Shown here: positions 50,306 through 62,888 of the stretch, one piece after another | How positions within the stretch are numbered: position 1 is the stretch's first letter | Layout: each line of letters starts with the position of its first letter | Source: Mobula hypostoma | Lineage: Eukaryota | Assembly: GCF_963921235.1 (NCBI RefSeq) | Contig: NC_086097.1 | Span: 228,968,001 to 229,032,000, forward strand | DNA length: 64,000 nucleotides | Direction: 5' to 3' | The notes under the pieces: generated by a model | Told to the model about the DNA's origin: nothing | The model's database searches: none | Seen by the model: only the letters and a program-made list of their open reading frames with translations | Translations under genes and position numbers: made by a program

Positions 50306-51129
50306 TTCCCATACTGCGTAACTGGGTTTTACAAAAAACATCTTGGTCACATGGTAGGGTGTTACTACCAGCTTTCCATCAAGTTAAATTCCTGATTATG
50401 GTTTGGGTGGTAGCAGATTGGGAGGTGAAAAAAAAACAATCAGATTATTCTGACTCTTACAGAAGAAGATATAGAGAAACACTGAATGTTGCCTAGATAC
50501 ACCACAGCTGCTGTTAACTTACGTAATAGTCTCCAAGCTCTTTAGGGTATATCCAAGTACAGCATTTAAAACCTCAGGAGGAAGCTCTATTTGCCCTCAT
50601 ATGATTGCTCTTTGTAAAGATGTGGCTTGAATCTGGGTGGCTTTACTTTTGTGAATGCAGCTGAGCTTAGTATCTTGGCTCTCTGTTCCTGGCTAGTAAT
50701 TAAGATGTGGAGTATGAGTAAAACAACCTTTACACATAACAGGCACATTTTGGAACTAGTGACCTCGTCGCAACTGTTTCTAAACTATTTGATGGTCTCT
50801 TTCTAAAACCACCTTTCGGGTATTACACCATACGAACCAAGAATGTCAAAGCTGTCCCTCCACCAAAACATATATACAGTATTACTGGAAAGGCAATTAC
50901 TAGAAAATCATTAACCTTTTTTTTTGCTGAAATTATGATTCAGTGAACTGCCTCCCATTTAAAAAGCCTTCAATTATTTTGAGAAAGATTAGCATCATTT
51001 ATCATGTTTTTAAAATTCCCTTTAACTTGGCAGACTATGCTTTGAATTAAGAACCTTGATTTCAAAATTCTTGCCATTCTGTTGGCCTGGCATGTCCTAT
51101 TCTCTGAAGATATACACCTCCATTGTATC

Positions 51130-51370
51130 ATGCTGGTTGGTTAGCTCAACGCTTTACAGTACCAGTGAGCTGGGTTCAATTCCCACCGCTGTCTGTATGT
51201 TCTCCCCGTGACCGTGTGGGTTTCCTCTCACTATCCAAAGATGTACCGGTTGGTAGGTTATCTGGTCATTGTAAATTGTCCCATGATTATGTCAGGGTTA
51301 AATCGGGGGATTGCAGGGCAGCGCGGCTCAAAGGGCTGGAAGGGGCTATTCCACGCTGTATCTCGATAAA
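51130..51370 (+). mobile_element. tRNA-derived V-domain SINE
   Basis: gggttcaattcccaccgctg...gtgggtttcct...ggtcattgtaaattgtccc. Confidence 0.7.
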
Positions 51371-53800
51371 TATACAAAAGGTACACAATTTTAGCTCTAT
51401 ATTAACTTTAAAAAATAATAAAATTAATGCAAACATTTTCAACAGAAACATTGCTGTATTTGCTACTTTTATCTGAACTGTACTAATTAAAGCAAATTAA
51501 ATTTTATACCAAAGCCATTATTTGTTAGGACATCCCTCCAGTGCTTTGCAAAGAAGCATTTATAAAGAGATTATATGTTTAAATTGTCTTATAACTCTTA
51601 AATACGTCAGTATTCCTTAAAAACAATATTACAAAAAAACCCTCTGGATTTAGATAAAAGATGGACATACATATGGCAAATAGCATATTATTCTAGCCAC
51701 AATAATTTTGCACGTAATTATTGCAAACACACCCAGAAAGGTATTTTTCCAATTATACAGCTCGCTAGACCAGCTGACATACATAGAGTAGGAGAGATGT
51801 TAAACTGCATTTTTTTTAATCAACATTTCTCATGACTACAACAGCCTTTATATAACTAACAGCTGAGGAGTGCACTTTCCCATGCCGTCAGGGGTGAGGA
51901 GGTTAGGATTTAAGTATTGTGGCAGTTGTTTTTCACACAAGAATCAAACCCACTGTAGCTCAACTGAAAGAACCCAGCGCTATGAAAGAGCAGAACCTCT
52001 TCCTTTTATGAAACGGTACGCCCACCACTTGAGTGGGCAGCTCAGTTTAACCCACCATTGATCTGTACAACTTGCAACACTAATTGGGAACAGGGACTTT
52101 TTTTCAAAGTCGCTGAATCGGTAAATGAAACCTCTGCTCCCCTATGATCTAGCGTGTGCATAAGATGCTCTAGCCCAGAGACCAAAGGGTAGGCAGAAAT
52201 AGTCCAAATAATTGCTTCTCTCCAGCTGCTTATTTTACTTCTTCTGCCCCTTATTTCTACAAGAAATTGATGCAATTTCAATTTTATTTAATGCAAAAAA
52301 AACACATGGTTGGATAAATTAATGGACATTCTTAAAATACAGCATAGTACATAGTACAAGAAGCAGACTAATGAAAATATCTATACAATGTTTTAAAAGG
52401 AATAAATCTTGTATTCCTATAAATGGACAAATTCCTTTAACTGAACGACGTTCCCCCTAATTTGTAATGATAGTGTGCGCAAAAATCTTGTGCTGGGCGC
52501 AACTTTTTCTTTGCCCAGGGACAACATGGGCGCACTGAACAATTTCTTCAAGATGAACAGTACAAATAAGCCAGCTCTAAAACTTGCAGGCAAATCATCG
52601 CAAACTCCACGTTGCCAACACTGTGCACATCAGAAACCGGAAAAGAAAATATGATTGTGTATGATCGTGAAATATACTAAAGATGCCAATGAGGTAGAGG
52701 GTGACAGCCTTTTCTGCACAGCTTGAAATCCTTTGTGGGCTAGTAGCAAAAGATGTGTGCACACACACACCTTAGACGGAACATCAGTGACAAACGCAAA
52801 TGTGATTCAAATTTACAAAACTATTACTCAATTGACTATGGAATGCAAAGATGTCCATTATTACTTAATATTAAAAACAATGTGTATACTGTTATTAACA
52901 ATTTCTTGAATGATATCAGTAAAATATAAGAGAATATTCTCTCTATGTATGTAGAAATATGGTAACATTCCTGTTCTTAAATTAACATATTCTTTATCTT
53001 ACTCAGGAATGATTAAGAAAGATAGAAGGCTGTTCTTTTAAGTTCGATGATAGCAATAGTTTGCCAAATTTCTTCAGTGTCTGATTTTATGACAAAATTA
53101 GCTGTCAACATTGCCTCTGTCTAAAAACTTGGTAAAAGTTATTCTTCAGGCACAAAGAAGGGCTCGTTGGTTGAAAAAAATTCATATGTGACCTGTTTTC
53201 AATTTGTTTGAACAAGACAGTTTGGGGAACTGAGATAGGGAAGGAAAGATCTTGCTGTGCTCTGTTTAGTAAATGCGTCGTTTGAATTTCTCCTTGTAAC
53301 AAAAGGCCGTAAATTCAAAAATGAAATGGCATTATTTATTCTTTGTGTGATGTTCATCATTTAAAATCTAGTTCTGATACTAACTTAACATTCAGCTGCA
53401 AGAAAATACAATTGAAATTCAAATAAATTTTTCTCTAGTCTTGCAGAGAGGAATTCTATCACAAACAATCTATATGGTTCATTCTGCTGCACCTGAGATA
53501 AAACAGCAATGTTTGAATGGAAATTTTATTCAAATTCACAACAGCTGCACTAAGATGCTTATGTTCAAGATGAATTAAATGGTTTGAAATAAAACAATAA
53601 CCATAGCTGGCTCCACATCTCAGGAGAGAAGAAAAAGAATAATTCACTAAAATATTAATTTGAAGGAAACAATGTAGAAACTGTGGAATAAGATAACCAA
53701 ATAATCTATTATTTGTTTTCACTATCTGTATTTAAATGTTGTGATTCTGTGCTTCTGGCCAATGTTGTGAAATGAAACCAATGAAAGTGTAAAATAAATA

Positions 53801-54847
53801 AAAGGTCTTTGCTTCGTATCCAGGGCATAGACCCAAAGGCCTTGCTCCATATCCAGGGCATAGACCCAAAGGCCTCGCTTTGTATCCAAGGCATAGACCC
53901 AGAAGCCTTGCTTTGTATTCAGGGCATAGACCCAAAGGCCTTGCTCCGTATCCATGGTATAGACCCAAAGGGCCTTGCTCCGTATCCATGGCATAGACCC
54001 AAAGGCCTTGCTCCGTATCCATGGCATAGACCCAAAGGCCTCGCTTTGTATCCAGGGCATAGACCCAAAGCAGACATCCCACCCTGCAATCTCATTTCAG
54101 GGAGGTCTCAACCGGAAGTCTCAACCTCATTGCAGCCTGTGTCAATGAATTTGTTAATTTGTTGTATTATATTATATTATCTTATCTTATCATGGAGTCA
54201 TTTTTTTATTCTATTACAACTTTAAGTAAGTTTACAGGGAGTTTGGCCTCATCATGTAGGAGATCAATAGAGTAGCTCCTTAGCAGCTAGCCAGCTAGTT
54301 TAAATAATGTTACCTATGCTAATGAATGAATGACACCTGTTAAACTCACCTCAACATGTCTTTTACAGTCATTTAACCCACTATGGGCAATAGAAAAGTC
54401 ACTGTTGCAGCGAGCAACACTGTCATTATTTTTGACCCCTATTAGGCAGAGGTACATTTTAGTGTAGTCTGGGCTGTCATTATTTTCTATTTTTGGTACA
54501 CTTGCCGTGGCGCTGCAGGACACGAAACTGAACTGATGGACAATGAAAGAGAGAGAGGTCAACTGTAAAGCCTGCCCACAGAGAAAACTGATAGGTCTAC
54601 GTAGCAAAAAGAGAGACCAATCAGGATGCTCGCTTTGTCACTCTCTCTCTACGTCCGTCGCTCACACTCTCTCCCTCTCTCGCTCGCTCACTCTCAAAAA
54701 AATCAATTTCCGGGATATTGTATATAATTTGCGGGCGTCAGGGAGGCCCTATCAATATGCGGGAGACTCCCGGAACTTCTGGGAGAGGCGGGATGTCTGC
54801 CCAAAGGCCTTGCTTCGTATCCAGGGCCTAGACCCAAAGGCCTTGCT
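53801..54847. repeat. 33-bp minisatellite interrupted by a TIR element
   Basis: Unit gcttcgtatccagggcatagacccaaaggcctt; about 8 units to 54070 and about 1.5 units after 54800. Confidence 0.9.
54071..54799. mobile_element. Non-autonomous TIR DNA transposon (hAT-like), copy 2
   Basis: cagacatcccacc ... ggcgggatgtctg; duplication cccaaag on both sides; inverted homologue of the 3661-5095 ends. Confidence 0.88.
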
Positions 54848-55339
54848 AGATATTTCAACTTGGATATTAGAATTCATCTTTGGCAAGTCTAAGATTAAAA
54901 TATTAACTCAATGTTATAAGTTAGTTAGAGAATGGTATCGTACTTAAGGGCGGCTAACCATTGGGCCTGTGCTGATTGTTAGCATCAGTTCCTGCCCTTT
55001 TTCTCCATTTAATGTTTTTATTAATCCATTCATCCATAGCCTTCTGAAATCCATAATGTATTTTTGCTGTTTAAATGCAGCATTTTAATCCCTTGTGACA
55101 TTGAATCCCACAATAATTGCCAAATACCTGTCTTTCTACTGTGATATTCACGCTGCAGGTTATTATTCAATGAAAGCAAGTTGTTGAAACCAGAACTGAG
55201 AAAAGTTTTAAGCTTTTTCATTCACACGTATCTGAGAATAAGCACAATGCCCAAGTACATACTGATGAAAGACTGAGTGATGATCAGAAATGTTATGGAA
55301 AACAGTGAAAATAATATATCAAAGCAGAATAGCCAGGAA

Positions 55340-55845
55340 ACATTGGGCCCCATATCTGAAAAAAGGGTGAGCTGGCATTGATGAGGGTCCAGAAGAGATT
55401 CATGAGAATGGTTTTGGGAATGAACGGGTTAAAGTATGAGGAAGTGTTTGATGGTCCTAGGCCTGTACTCAATGGAAATGAGAAGAATGAGAAGGGGGAC
55501 CTCATTGAAACCTACCAAATATTGAAAGGCTCAGTGGACAGGGAGATGTTTCCTTTGGAGGAGAGCCCAGCACCAGACAGCACAGCCTCAGAATAAAAGG
55601 ACATCCTTTTAGAACAGAGATAAGGAAGAATTTCTTTAGCCGGAGAATAGTCAATCTGAGGAATTCAGACAACTGTCATTGGCATACTTAAAATAAAGTT
55701 GATAAGTTCTTGATTAGTAAAACCATCAAAGGTTACGGGGAAAAGGCAGGAGAATGAGCATTTGAGAGGGAAAAATTAGCCATGATCGAATAGCAGAGCA
55801 CTCAATGGGCCAAATAATCCAAATCTGCTCCTGTATCTTATGGAC
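55340..55845 (+). mobile_element. CR1-type LINE 3' fragment
   Basis: RVQKRFMRMV.GMNGLKYEE; GDLIETYQILKG. Confidence 0.8.
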
Positions 55846-56094
55846 ATTTCAGATAAGGTAATACAGTACTTAACCTATTATTGGATGATGTTTTGGAAGG
55901 TATGCTACACATTTAATAAACCGTGTGTTTTTCTCCCAGCCAATGTGAGGTACGTCAGCACTGGATATACACAACTTGATAATAAACTAATGAGAACAAA
56001 AAAATGGGCTGATTCATAAGATAAATGGAAATAGAGGAATTATTAAAAAATCATAAAAAGTTTATTGTATTCATTCCTATTATAGCAAAAATTC

Positions 56095-57820
56095 ATGTGA
56101 AGTTAGAGGATTTGGAAGCTTTTAAAAACCAACAGAAGCCATCTAAAAAAGCAGTAAAGAGAGAAAAGATGAAATATGAAGGTAAGCTAGCCAATAATAT
56201 AAAAGAGGATGCCAGAAGATTTTTCAGATAAAGGGTAAAAGAGAAGCGAGAGTGGATGTCGGACCACTGGAAAATGACATTGGAGAGGTAGTAATGGGGG
56301 AACAAAGAAATGGTGGATGAACTGAATAAGTTTTCGGCATCAGTCTTCACTGTGGAAAACACTAGCAGTATGCCAGAAATTCAAGATTGTCAGGGGCAGA
56401 AGTGTCATTGCTACTACTAAAGAGAAGGTGCTTAGGAAGCCGAAAGATCTGAGGGTAGATAAATCACCTGAACCAGATGGACTACAACCTAGGTTTCTAA
56501 AAGAGGTAGATGAAGAGATTGTAGGGACATTAGTAATGGTCTTTCAAGAATCACTAGATTCTTGAATAGTTCCGGAGGACTGGAAAATTGCAAATGTCAC
56601 TCCACTTTTTAAGAGAGGGAGGCAAAACAAATAAAATTAAAGGTTAGTTAGCCTGACTTCAATGGTTGGGAAGAGTCCATTATTTACAATGTGCTGTTGG
56701 GGATACTTGGAGGCACGTTGATAAAATAGGCCGAAGTCAGCATGGTTTCTTTAAGGGGAGATCTTGCTTGACAAACCAATTGGAATTCCTTGAGGAAATA
56801 ACAGGCAGGATAGACAAAGGAGAATCAGTGGGTGTTGTGCACTTGGATTTTAAGAAGGCCTTTGACAAGGTGCCACACATGAGGCTGCTTAACAAGTTAA
56901 GAGCCCATGGTATTACAGGAAAGATACTGGCATGGATAAAAGATTAACTGACTGGCAGGAGGCAAAGAGAGGGAATAAAGGGTGACTAGTGTGTTCTTCA
57001 GGGGTCAGTGCTGGGACCACTTCTTTTCATGGTATATGTGAACAATTTGGATGACCGGATTGATGGCTCTGTGGCCAAGTCTGAGGATGAGATGAAGGTA
57101 GGTTGGGGGGTGGGGGGGGAGGTAGTGTTGAGGAAGCAGGGAATCTACAAAACGACGGACAGATTTGGAGAATGGGCAAAGAAGTGGCAGATGGAATTTA
57201 GTGTAGGGAAGTGTATGGTAATGCACTTTATTAGAAGGAATAAAGACGTAGAATATTTTCTAAATGGGGAGAAAATTCAGGAATCAGAAATGCAGAGGAA
57301 CTTGAAAGTCCTCATGCAAGATTCTCTAAAAGTTACGTTGCAAGTTGAGTTGGTAGTAAGGAAGGCAAATACAATGTATGCATTCATTTTGAGGGGAATA
57401 GAATATAATGCTGAGGCACTGGTCAGACAGCATTAGGGAGTACTGTGAGCAGTTCTGGGCGTTTGCTGACACTGGGCCTCCAATCATTAGAGTTCAGAGG
57501 AATAAGGGGAGAGCTCATTGATACCTATCGAATATTGAAAGGTCTAGATAAAATGGATGTGGAGAGGGTATTTTCTACAGTGGGAGAGTTGAGGACCAGA
57601 GGGCACAGCCTCAGAATAGAAGGACGTCCTTTTAGAACTGAGATAAGGAGGAATTCCTTTGGCAGGAATTCATTGACACAGACGGCTGTGGAGGCCAAGT
57701 CATCGGATATATTTAAGGCAGAGGTTGATAGGTTCTTGATTTGTAAGGGCATCAAAGGTTAAGGAGAGAACGCAGGAGAATGGGGTCAAGAGGGATAATA
57801 AATCAGCCTCTTACGGTCTA
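56095..57820 (+). mobile_element. CR1-type LINE ORF2 fragment, degenerate
   Basis: SQHGFFKGRSCLTN..LDFKKAFDKVPH; LGPLLF..WQMEFSVGKC; RTRGHSLRI. Confidence 0.9.
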
Positions 57821-58187
57821 TTTAAATAATAACTTGATGAAAAGGAAAAGGTTAAGTGTTAATAAAGGCTCATCAGAAGACTGGTAAGCCCATGCACACT
57901 TCTGAGCAGTGGCACTGCTGACCAGCGCATGTACATTGCTGACCAGTGCAGGACATTGGTTGAGGGTCACATTAGAAGCTGCTATATTGACCATCCATCA
58001 TTAACACTAATTTTATGCACCCTCCAAATCCTCTCCTCCTGCAGATGGTCACAGCTATGAGATGCAAGGAAAATTTGGAAATTCAAATATAAAGAATCAA
58101 ATTTCCTCTGTGCTCACTGTCATATGCTTGCCGAAACCAAAAGAAAATTATTTTTATGCATTCCTTCAGTTTGAGTGTTCTGCAGCA

Positions 58188-58500
58188 TGGGATTAGTGTA
58201 GCGGTTAGTATAATGCGCCCTATTATAACAGCCGCTGTAAGATCATGGTTCGATTCTTCCCGTCGTCTATAAGGAGTTTGTACGTTCTCCCTATGACTGC
58301 CTGGGGTTCCTCTAGGTGCTCCGGTTTCCTCCCACAGTTCACAGGCAAACAGTCAGGGTTAGCGTTACGTTGGCGCCGGAAGTGTCGCCACACTTGCAGG
58401 CTGCCCAGCAGCAGCCTCGCCTGTTTGATTTGCCACAAACGAAGCAGTTCGCTGCGTGTTCTGTTGTGCATATGACAAATAAAGCCAATCTCATTATCTT
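58188..58500 (+). mobile_element. tRNA-derived V-domain SINE
   Basis: tagtgtagcggtt A-box, ggttcgatt B-box, ggggttcctctaggtgctccggtttcctcccaca; ends acaaataaagcc. Confidence 0.75.
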
Positions 58501-58997
58501 AATAAAGAGGATTCAATCAAACGTATCCCTCCCTGAAATCTGACAAACACAACAACAGTACCTCGTAGTAAGTTTATTTTTATTAAATCTAGAAATATAC
58601 ATTCCTTACAGAATCAAAATTACATCAGGTCCCGTTTTCTCATTTCATTCCCTTTGCTTTGAATCTTTGGTGTCCAGCAGCCCCAGAAGAGTAGCTTCAG
58701 CCTCCAAAAGAGTCGTATCAGTCTTGGCCCCGAGAAAGCGTGATGCCAGTTCAAGATCAACAAGCTTCAAACGTACTCTTGCTCCCCTCTGATACTTCCT
58801 GGACAAGAAACAACAAAACGGGCATGTTTGTTTTGGTACAAAACAGATTCCATGTATTGCTGAAATTAATGCCTCAACACAACATCAGTTGCTCTGTGTT
58901 GGTAGGTCTTGCAGTTCATAACAAAAGTTATCAGCCATCTAAGTTTTCAGAACAACTTTTAATATTCAAAGTAACACACGCAAAATACTGGAGAACT

Positions 58998-58998
<1 letters not shown>

Positions 58999-59039
<41 letters not shown>

Positions 59040-59058
59040 AGTTAGTTAGTTAGTTAGT
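58999..59058. repeat. (GT)n plus (TTAG)n microsatellite within PLE terminal remnants
   Basis: Direct reading. Confidence 0.9.
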
Positions 59059-59599
59059 CTGGATTTCCAGCATCTTGCGTTTTACTTTTAAAACATTTTG
59101 ATGTTTTTAAAGTTTTTTTTCTTAGAAGCGCAAGTAATGGGGTTATATATTATATCAACATTACGTTATCCACAAGAAAAGTGAGAAATGAAGCCATCGT
59201 GAAAACCTGGAGTGTAATCTAAATCAAATCACTAGAGTAACATGAACCACACACACAAAAAGAAAAACATACCACCTGCAGGTTTTTCACAACACAGTGA
59301 CAAATATACTGCTCACACACTTACTGTGTTACACATTGCTTTGAAATGGTCCCTTAAACAATTTGATATGCCTCATGGAAACAGAATAAAAAGAGAACAT
59401 TTATTAAGGTACTCTTAATTATGTGTTCTTAGCATCATAAGACTACAACAGAAAATAAAACGTACTCTGAAATTTTGATTTTCAATGTACCGAACCTTTT
59501 GATTGCATTTTGTTTGATAGTAATAAATCTCACAGAAAAGCTGTGGTTTCTCACAGCTAGTTCCATCGACTACCTCCCAGCTCCCCCAGTAACCTGGCT

Positions 59600-59880
59600 T
59601 TAGTTCTGACCTCCAGAGTGCGTTCTGGGTGGAGCTTGCATGCCCTCCCTGTGACTGCGTGCAGGTTTCCTCAGGTGCTTTGGTTCCGCCCCATGTCCCT
59701 AAGATGTGCGGGTCAGTAGTTTAATTCGTCAGTGTAAATCGCCCCAAGTGCAAGTAAGCGGTAGAATTTGGGGGGGGAGGAGTGATGGGAATGTGGGAAG
59801 AAATTTTAAAAATTGGGATTAGTGTAAGATGAGTGTAAATGGGTTCTTAATGTTTGGCATTGAGTTGGTGGGTCTTTGGG
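59600..59880 (+). mobile_element. V-domain SINE remnant
   Basis: ggtttcctcaggtgctttggttccgccccatgtccctaagatgtgcggg. Confidence 0.6.
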
Positions 59881-59894
59881 CCTGATTCTGCGCT

Positions 59895-60025
59895 ACACCC
59901 CAGCTCTTTATTCTGGCATCTTCCCCTTTTCTTCTCAGTCCTGAAGAAAGGTCTTGGACTGAAACATCGACTGAACATTCGTTTCCATAGATGCTGAGTT
60001 CCTCCAGCATTTTGTGTGTGTTACT
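59895..60025 (+). mobile_element. Short PLE 3'-end copy with hammerhead-like core
   Basis: cagtcCTGAAGAaaggtcttggactGAAACATCgactg...ttttgtgtgtgttac. Confidence 0.75.
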
Positions 60026-60191
60026 ATACTACGTGTCTCTTTGGCTCTAAGACTATAATCCTATTTTTATGTTATTTCTGGTTGTCCTACTCAAGAACAT
60101 ATATCTGTTTAAACCATAAGAGTCCAGTGCATCTTTCTCCCAAGCATGGTGCTTGGTCTCGCAATGAATAGGCAATTTCGGTGCATTTAAT

Positions 60192-60756
60192 AGGCAATTC
60201 CACACAGGATTTTAAAAAGCTGCAGAAACTTGTAAACTCAGCCAGCTCCACGATGGGCACTGGCCTCCCCAGCATCCAGGACACCTTCAGAAGGTGATAC
60301 CCACCATTAAGGACCCCATCACCCAGGGCATGCCCTCTTCTCATTGCTAACATCAAGGAGGCAGCTGAGGAGCCTGAAGGCACTCACTCGCCATTTCAGG
60401 AACAGCTTCTTCCCCTCCACCATCAGATTTCTGAACAGACAATGAGCCCACGAACACTTCCTCTCTTTTCCCCACTCTCCTTTTGCACTACTTATTTCAT
60501 TCATTTCTTAATATATACATCTTATTGTAATTTATAGTGTTTATTGCTATATATTGCAATGTACTGCTGTCATAAAATGACAAACTTCACAATATATGTC
60601 AGTGATATTAAACTTGATTCTGATTCTTCTTGCATTACTTATTCTTAAGTCTATTTCTTATTGTAACCATAGTAATTTATTATGTATTGCACTGCATTGC
60701 CACTGCAAAAGAAACAAATTTCACAACATATGTCAGTGATAATAAGCCTGATTCTG
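60192..60756 (+). mobile_element. Rex1-type 3' fragment with tandemly doubled 3' UTR end
   Basis: aaaagctgcagaaacttgtaaactcagcc..; atatgtcagtgat..tgattctga occurs twice. Confidence 0.75.
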
Positions 60757-61345
60757 ATATAGATCTGTTAAAACTATGGGAGAGTCCAGTGTAGCTTTCT
60801 GCAAGTGTGGTGCTTGAACTCAAAATTAACAGGCAATTGCAGTGCACTTAACTTTGAATAACTCATACAGGATAGGCCAAGCTAAACGCCACCAATTGCC
60901 CAATCTCGAAGCTGACAAATGGTCTTGGGTAAAGCTACTGGTGCCTCCACAACCAGTGAAGCTTAGACTGGGTAATTATATAACCTCATATCAGGTTGGT
61001 TAGGCTCAGACTTTGCTTAAGATAGCCATACTTTTCGCCATAAAATTCAATCATTTCTAACGCTTGTCAAAATATTTTCTGTTTAGTAGTTACAAACCAA
61101 TACTGATGTAGCATCACTACAAAAACTCAGGAATTGTTCAATGCACAATGATATCAGACCTTTACCCATTAACTTAGTGCAAATAACTCTTGGAAACCAA
61201 ATCGTATTGGTATCATAGTATCATGTGAAAAGCTTGTCTTACATACTGTTTACAGAGATCAAATCATTATGGCGTGCACTGCGCTAGAACGTGGTAAAAC
61301 AATAGCAATGCAGAATAAAGTGCAAGAGCGATTGAACGGGTGCAG

Positions 61346-62123
61346 CAAACCATAAACACAACAGATTTGCAGATGCTGTTAATCCAAAGCAACACACACA
61401 AAATGCTGGAGGAACTCAGTAGGTCAGGCTGCATCTATGGAAAAGAATAAACACTCAACATTTCAGGCTGAGATTCTTCATCAAGACGAGAGAGGAAGTA
61501 AGGGGGAGGCAGAACCAGAATAAGAAGGTGGGGGTAGGGGAAGGATTATAAACTAGAAGGTGATTGGTGAAAACAGGAGGGTGGGGGAGGAGGATAAGGT
61601 GAGAAGCTGGGAGGTGATGTGTGCAAAACGTTAAAGGCTGGAGAAGGAGGAATCTGATAGGAGAGCGGACCATGGGAGAAAGGAAAGGTTAATGGGCACC
61701 TTCGGTAAGTGATAGGCAGGCAAGGCGAAGAGGTAAGAGGGGGGCCAGAGTGAGGAATTAAAGAAGAGAGAAGGGGGAAGAGGGAAGTTTGAGAAATTGA
61801 TGTTCATGCCATCGGTTGTATTCCATCCATATGGAATATGAGGTGTTGCTCCTCCAACCTCATAGTGGCAGTTGAGGAGGCCACTGAACGACATGACAGA
61901 ATGGGAATGGGGATCGGAATTAAAATGGTCGCCCACCGGGAAATTGTGCTTTTTGCAGATGGAGCTGAGGCACTCGACACAGTGGCCCCTAATCTACATC
62001 GCGTTTCCCCAACGTAGAGGAGGCTGCCTCAGGAGCACTGGATACAGTAGATGACCCCCAACAGATTAGCAGGTGAAGTGTTGGACTGTTTGGGGCCTTG
62101 AAGGAGGAGGTGAATGGGCAGGT
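61346..62123 (-). mobile_element. Old PLE 3' portion (GIY-YIG remnant plus terminal module)
   Basis: GDHFNSDPHSHS..DGMNINFSNF; terminal module at 61355-61490; imperfect flanks aacgggtgcag / aaagagtgcag. Confidence 0.8.
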
Positions 62124-62524
62124 AAAGAGTGCAGTGGAGGCAAATGATAAATTGCAAGGTCACGACGAGGTCCATTGTGAAGCCAAACATTCATCTTATC
62201 ATACAAGAGGACAGATCAAAATCTGATTCTTTTTACATCTCCCCTCTACTCTGTGCCAAAAGTCAGAATGTCTCAAACCTACTAGCCTATTCCCACTTCT
62301 GAGTATTCTCCATCATTTGGTCCAAATCCTGAAACTCTTTGCCCAACAGCATAATGGGATACCTTCAACAGAAAGGCAACAGTGGTTGGCAACACCCTGA
62401 GCATGAAAATGAATGTGAAAGAAACAAAACTCCTTGCCCCTGACACTGTTGCAAAAACTATCTATCCTCCCTTCACAAACACATGTGATTCTACAGATAC
62501 AGGAAATCCAGACGAGCACACACT

Positions 62525-62800
62525 GTTGAAGGGGCATCCTTTTAGAATGGAGATGAGGAGGAATTTCTTCAGCTACAGAGTGGTGAATCTGCGGAATTTG
62601 CTCCCACAGGCAGCGGTGGAGGCCAGATCATTGGATATATTTAAGGCAGAGGTTGATAGATCCTTGATTAGTCAGGATATGAAGGGATATGAAGAGAAGG
62701 CAGGAGATTGGGGCTGAGGGGGGAAATTGGATCAGTCGTGATGAAATGGTGGAGCAGACACAATGGGCCAAGTGGCCTAATTCTGCTCCTGTATAGTTAT
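62525..62800 (+). mobile_element. CR1-type LINE 3' end
   Basis: KGHPFRMEMRRNFFSYRVVNL.NLLPQAAVEA..FKAEVDR. Confidence 0.85.
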
Positions 62801-62888
62801 GGTCTCAGCCCGAAACGTCGGCTCTTTATTCCTCTACGTAGATGCTGCCTGACCTGCTGAGTTCCTCCAGCATTTTGTGTGTGTTGCT
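62801..62888 (+). mobile_element. Short PLE 3'-end copy truncated within hammerhead stem II
   Basis: ggtctcagcccGAAACGTCgg...gttcctccagcattttgtgtgtgttgct. Confidence 0.8.

Noticed and set aside
52446..52786. Possible MITE (gacgttccccctaa / ttagacggaacatc)
   Set aside because: TIR match is imperfect and there is no TSD; cannot support a call
53709..54225. Repetitive ORFs and CRISPR-like periodicity
   Set aside because: Head-to-tail 33-bp units with no unique spacers and no cas genes, in a eukaryotic context; the ORFs are a by-product of the unit length
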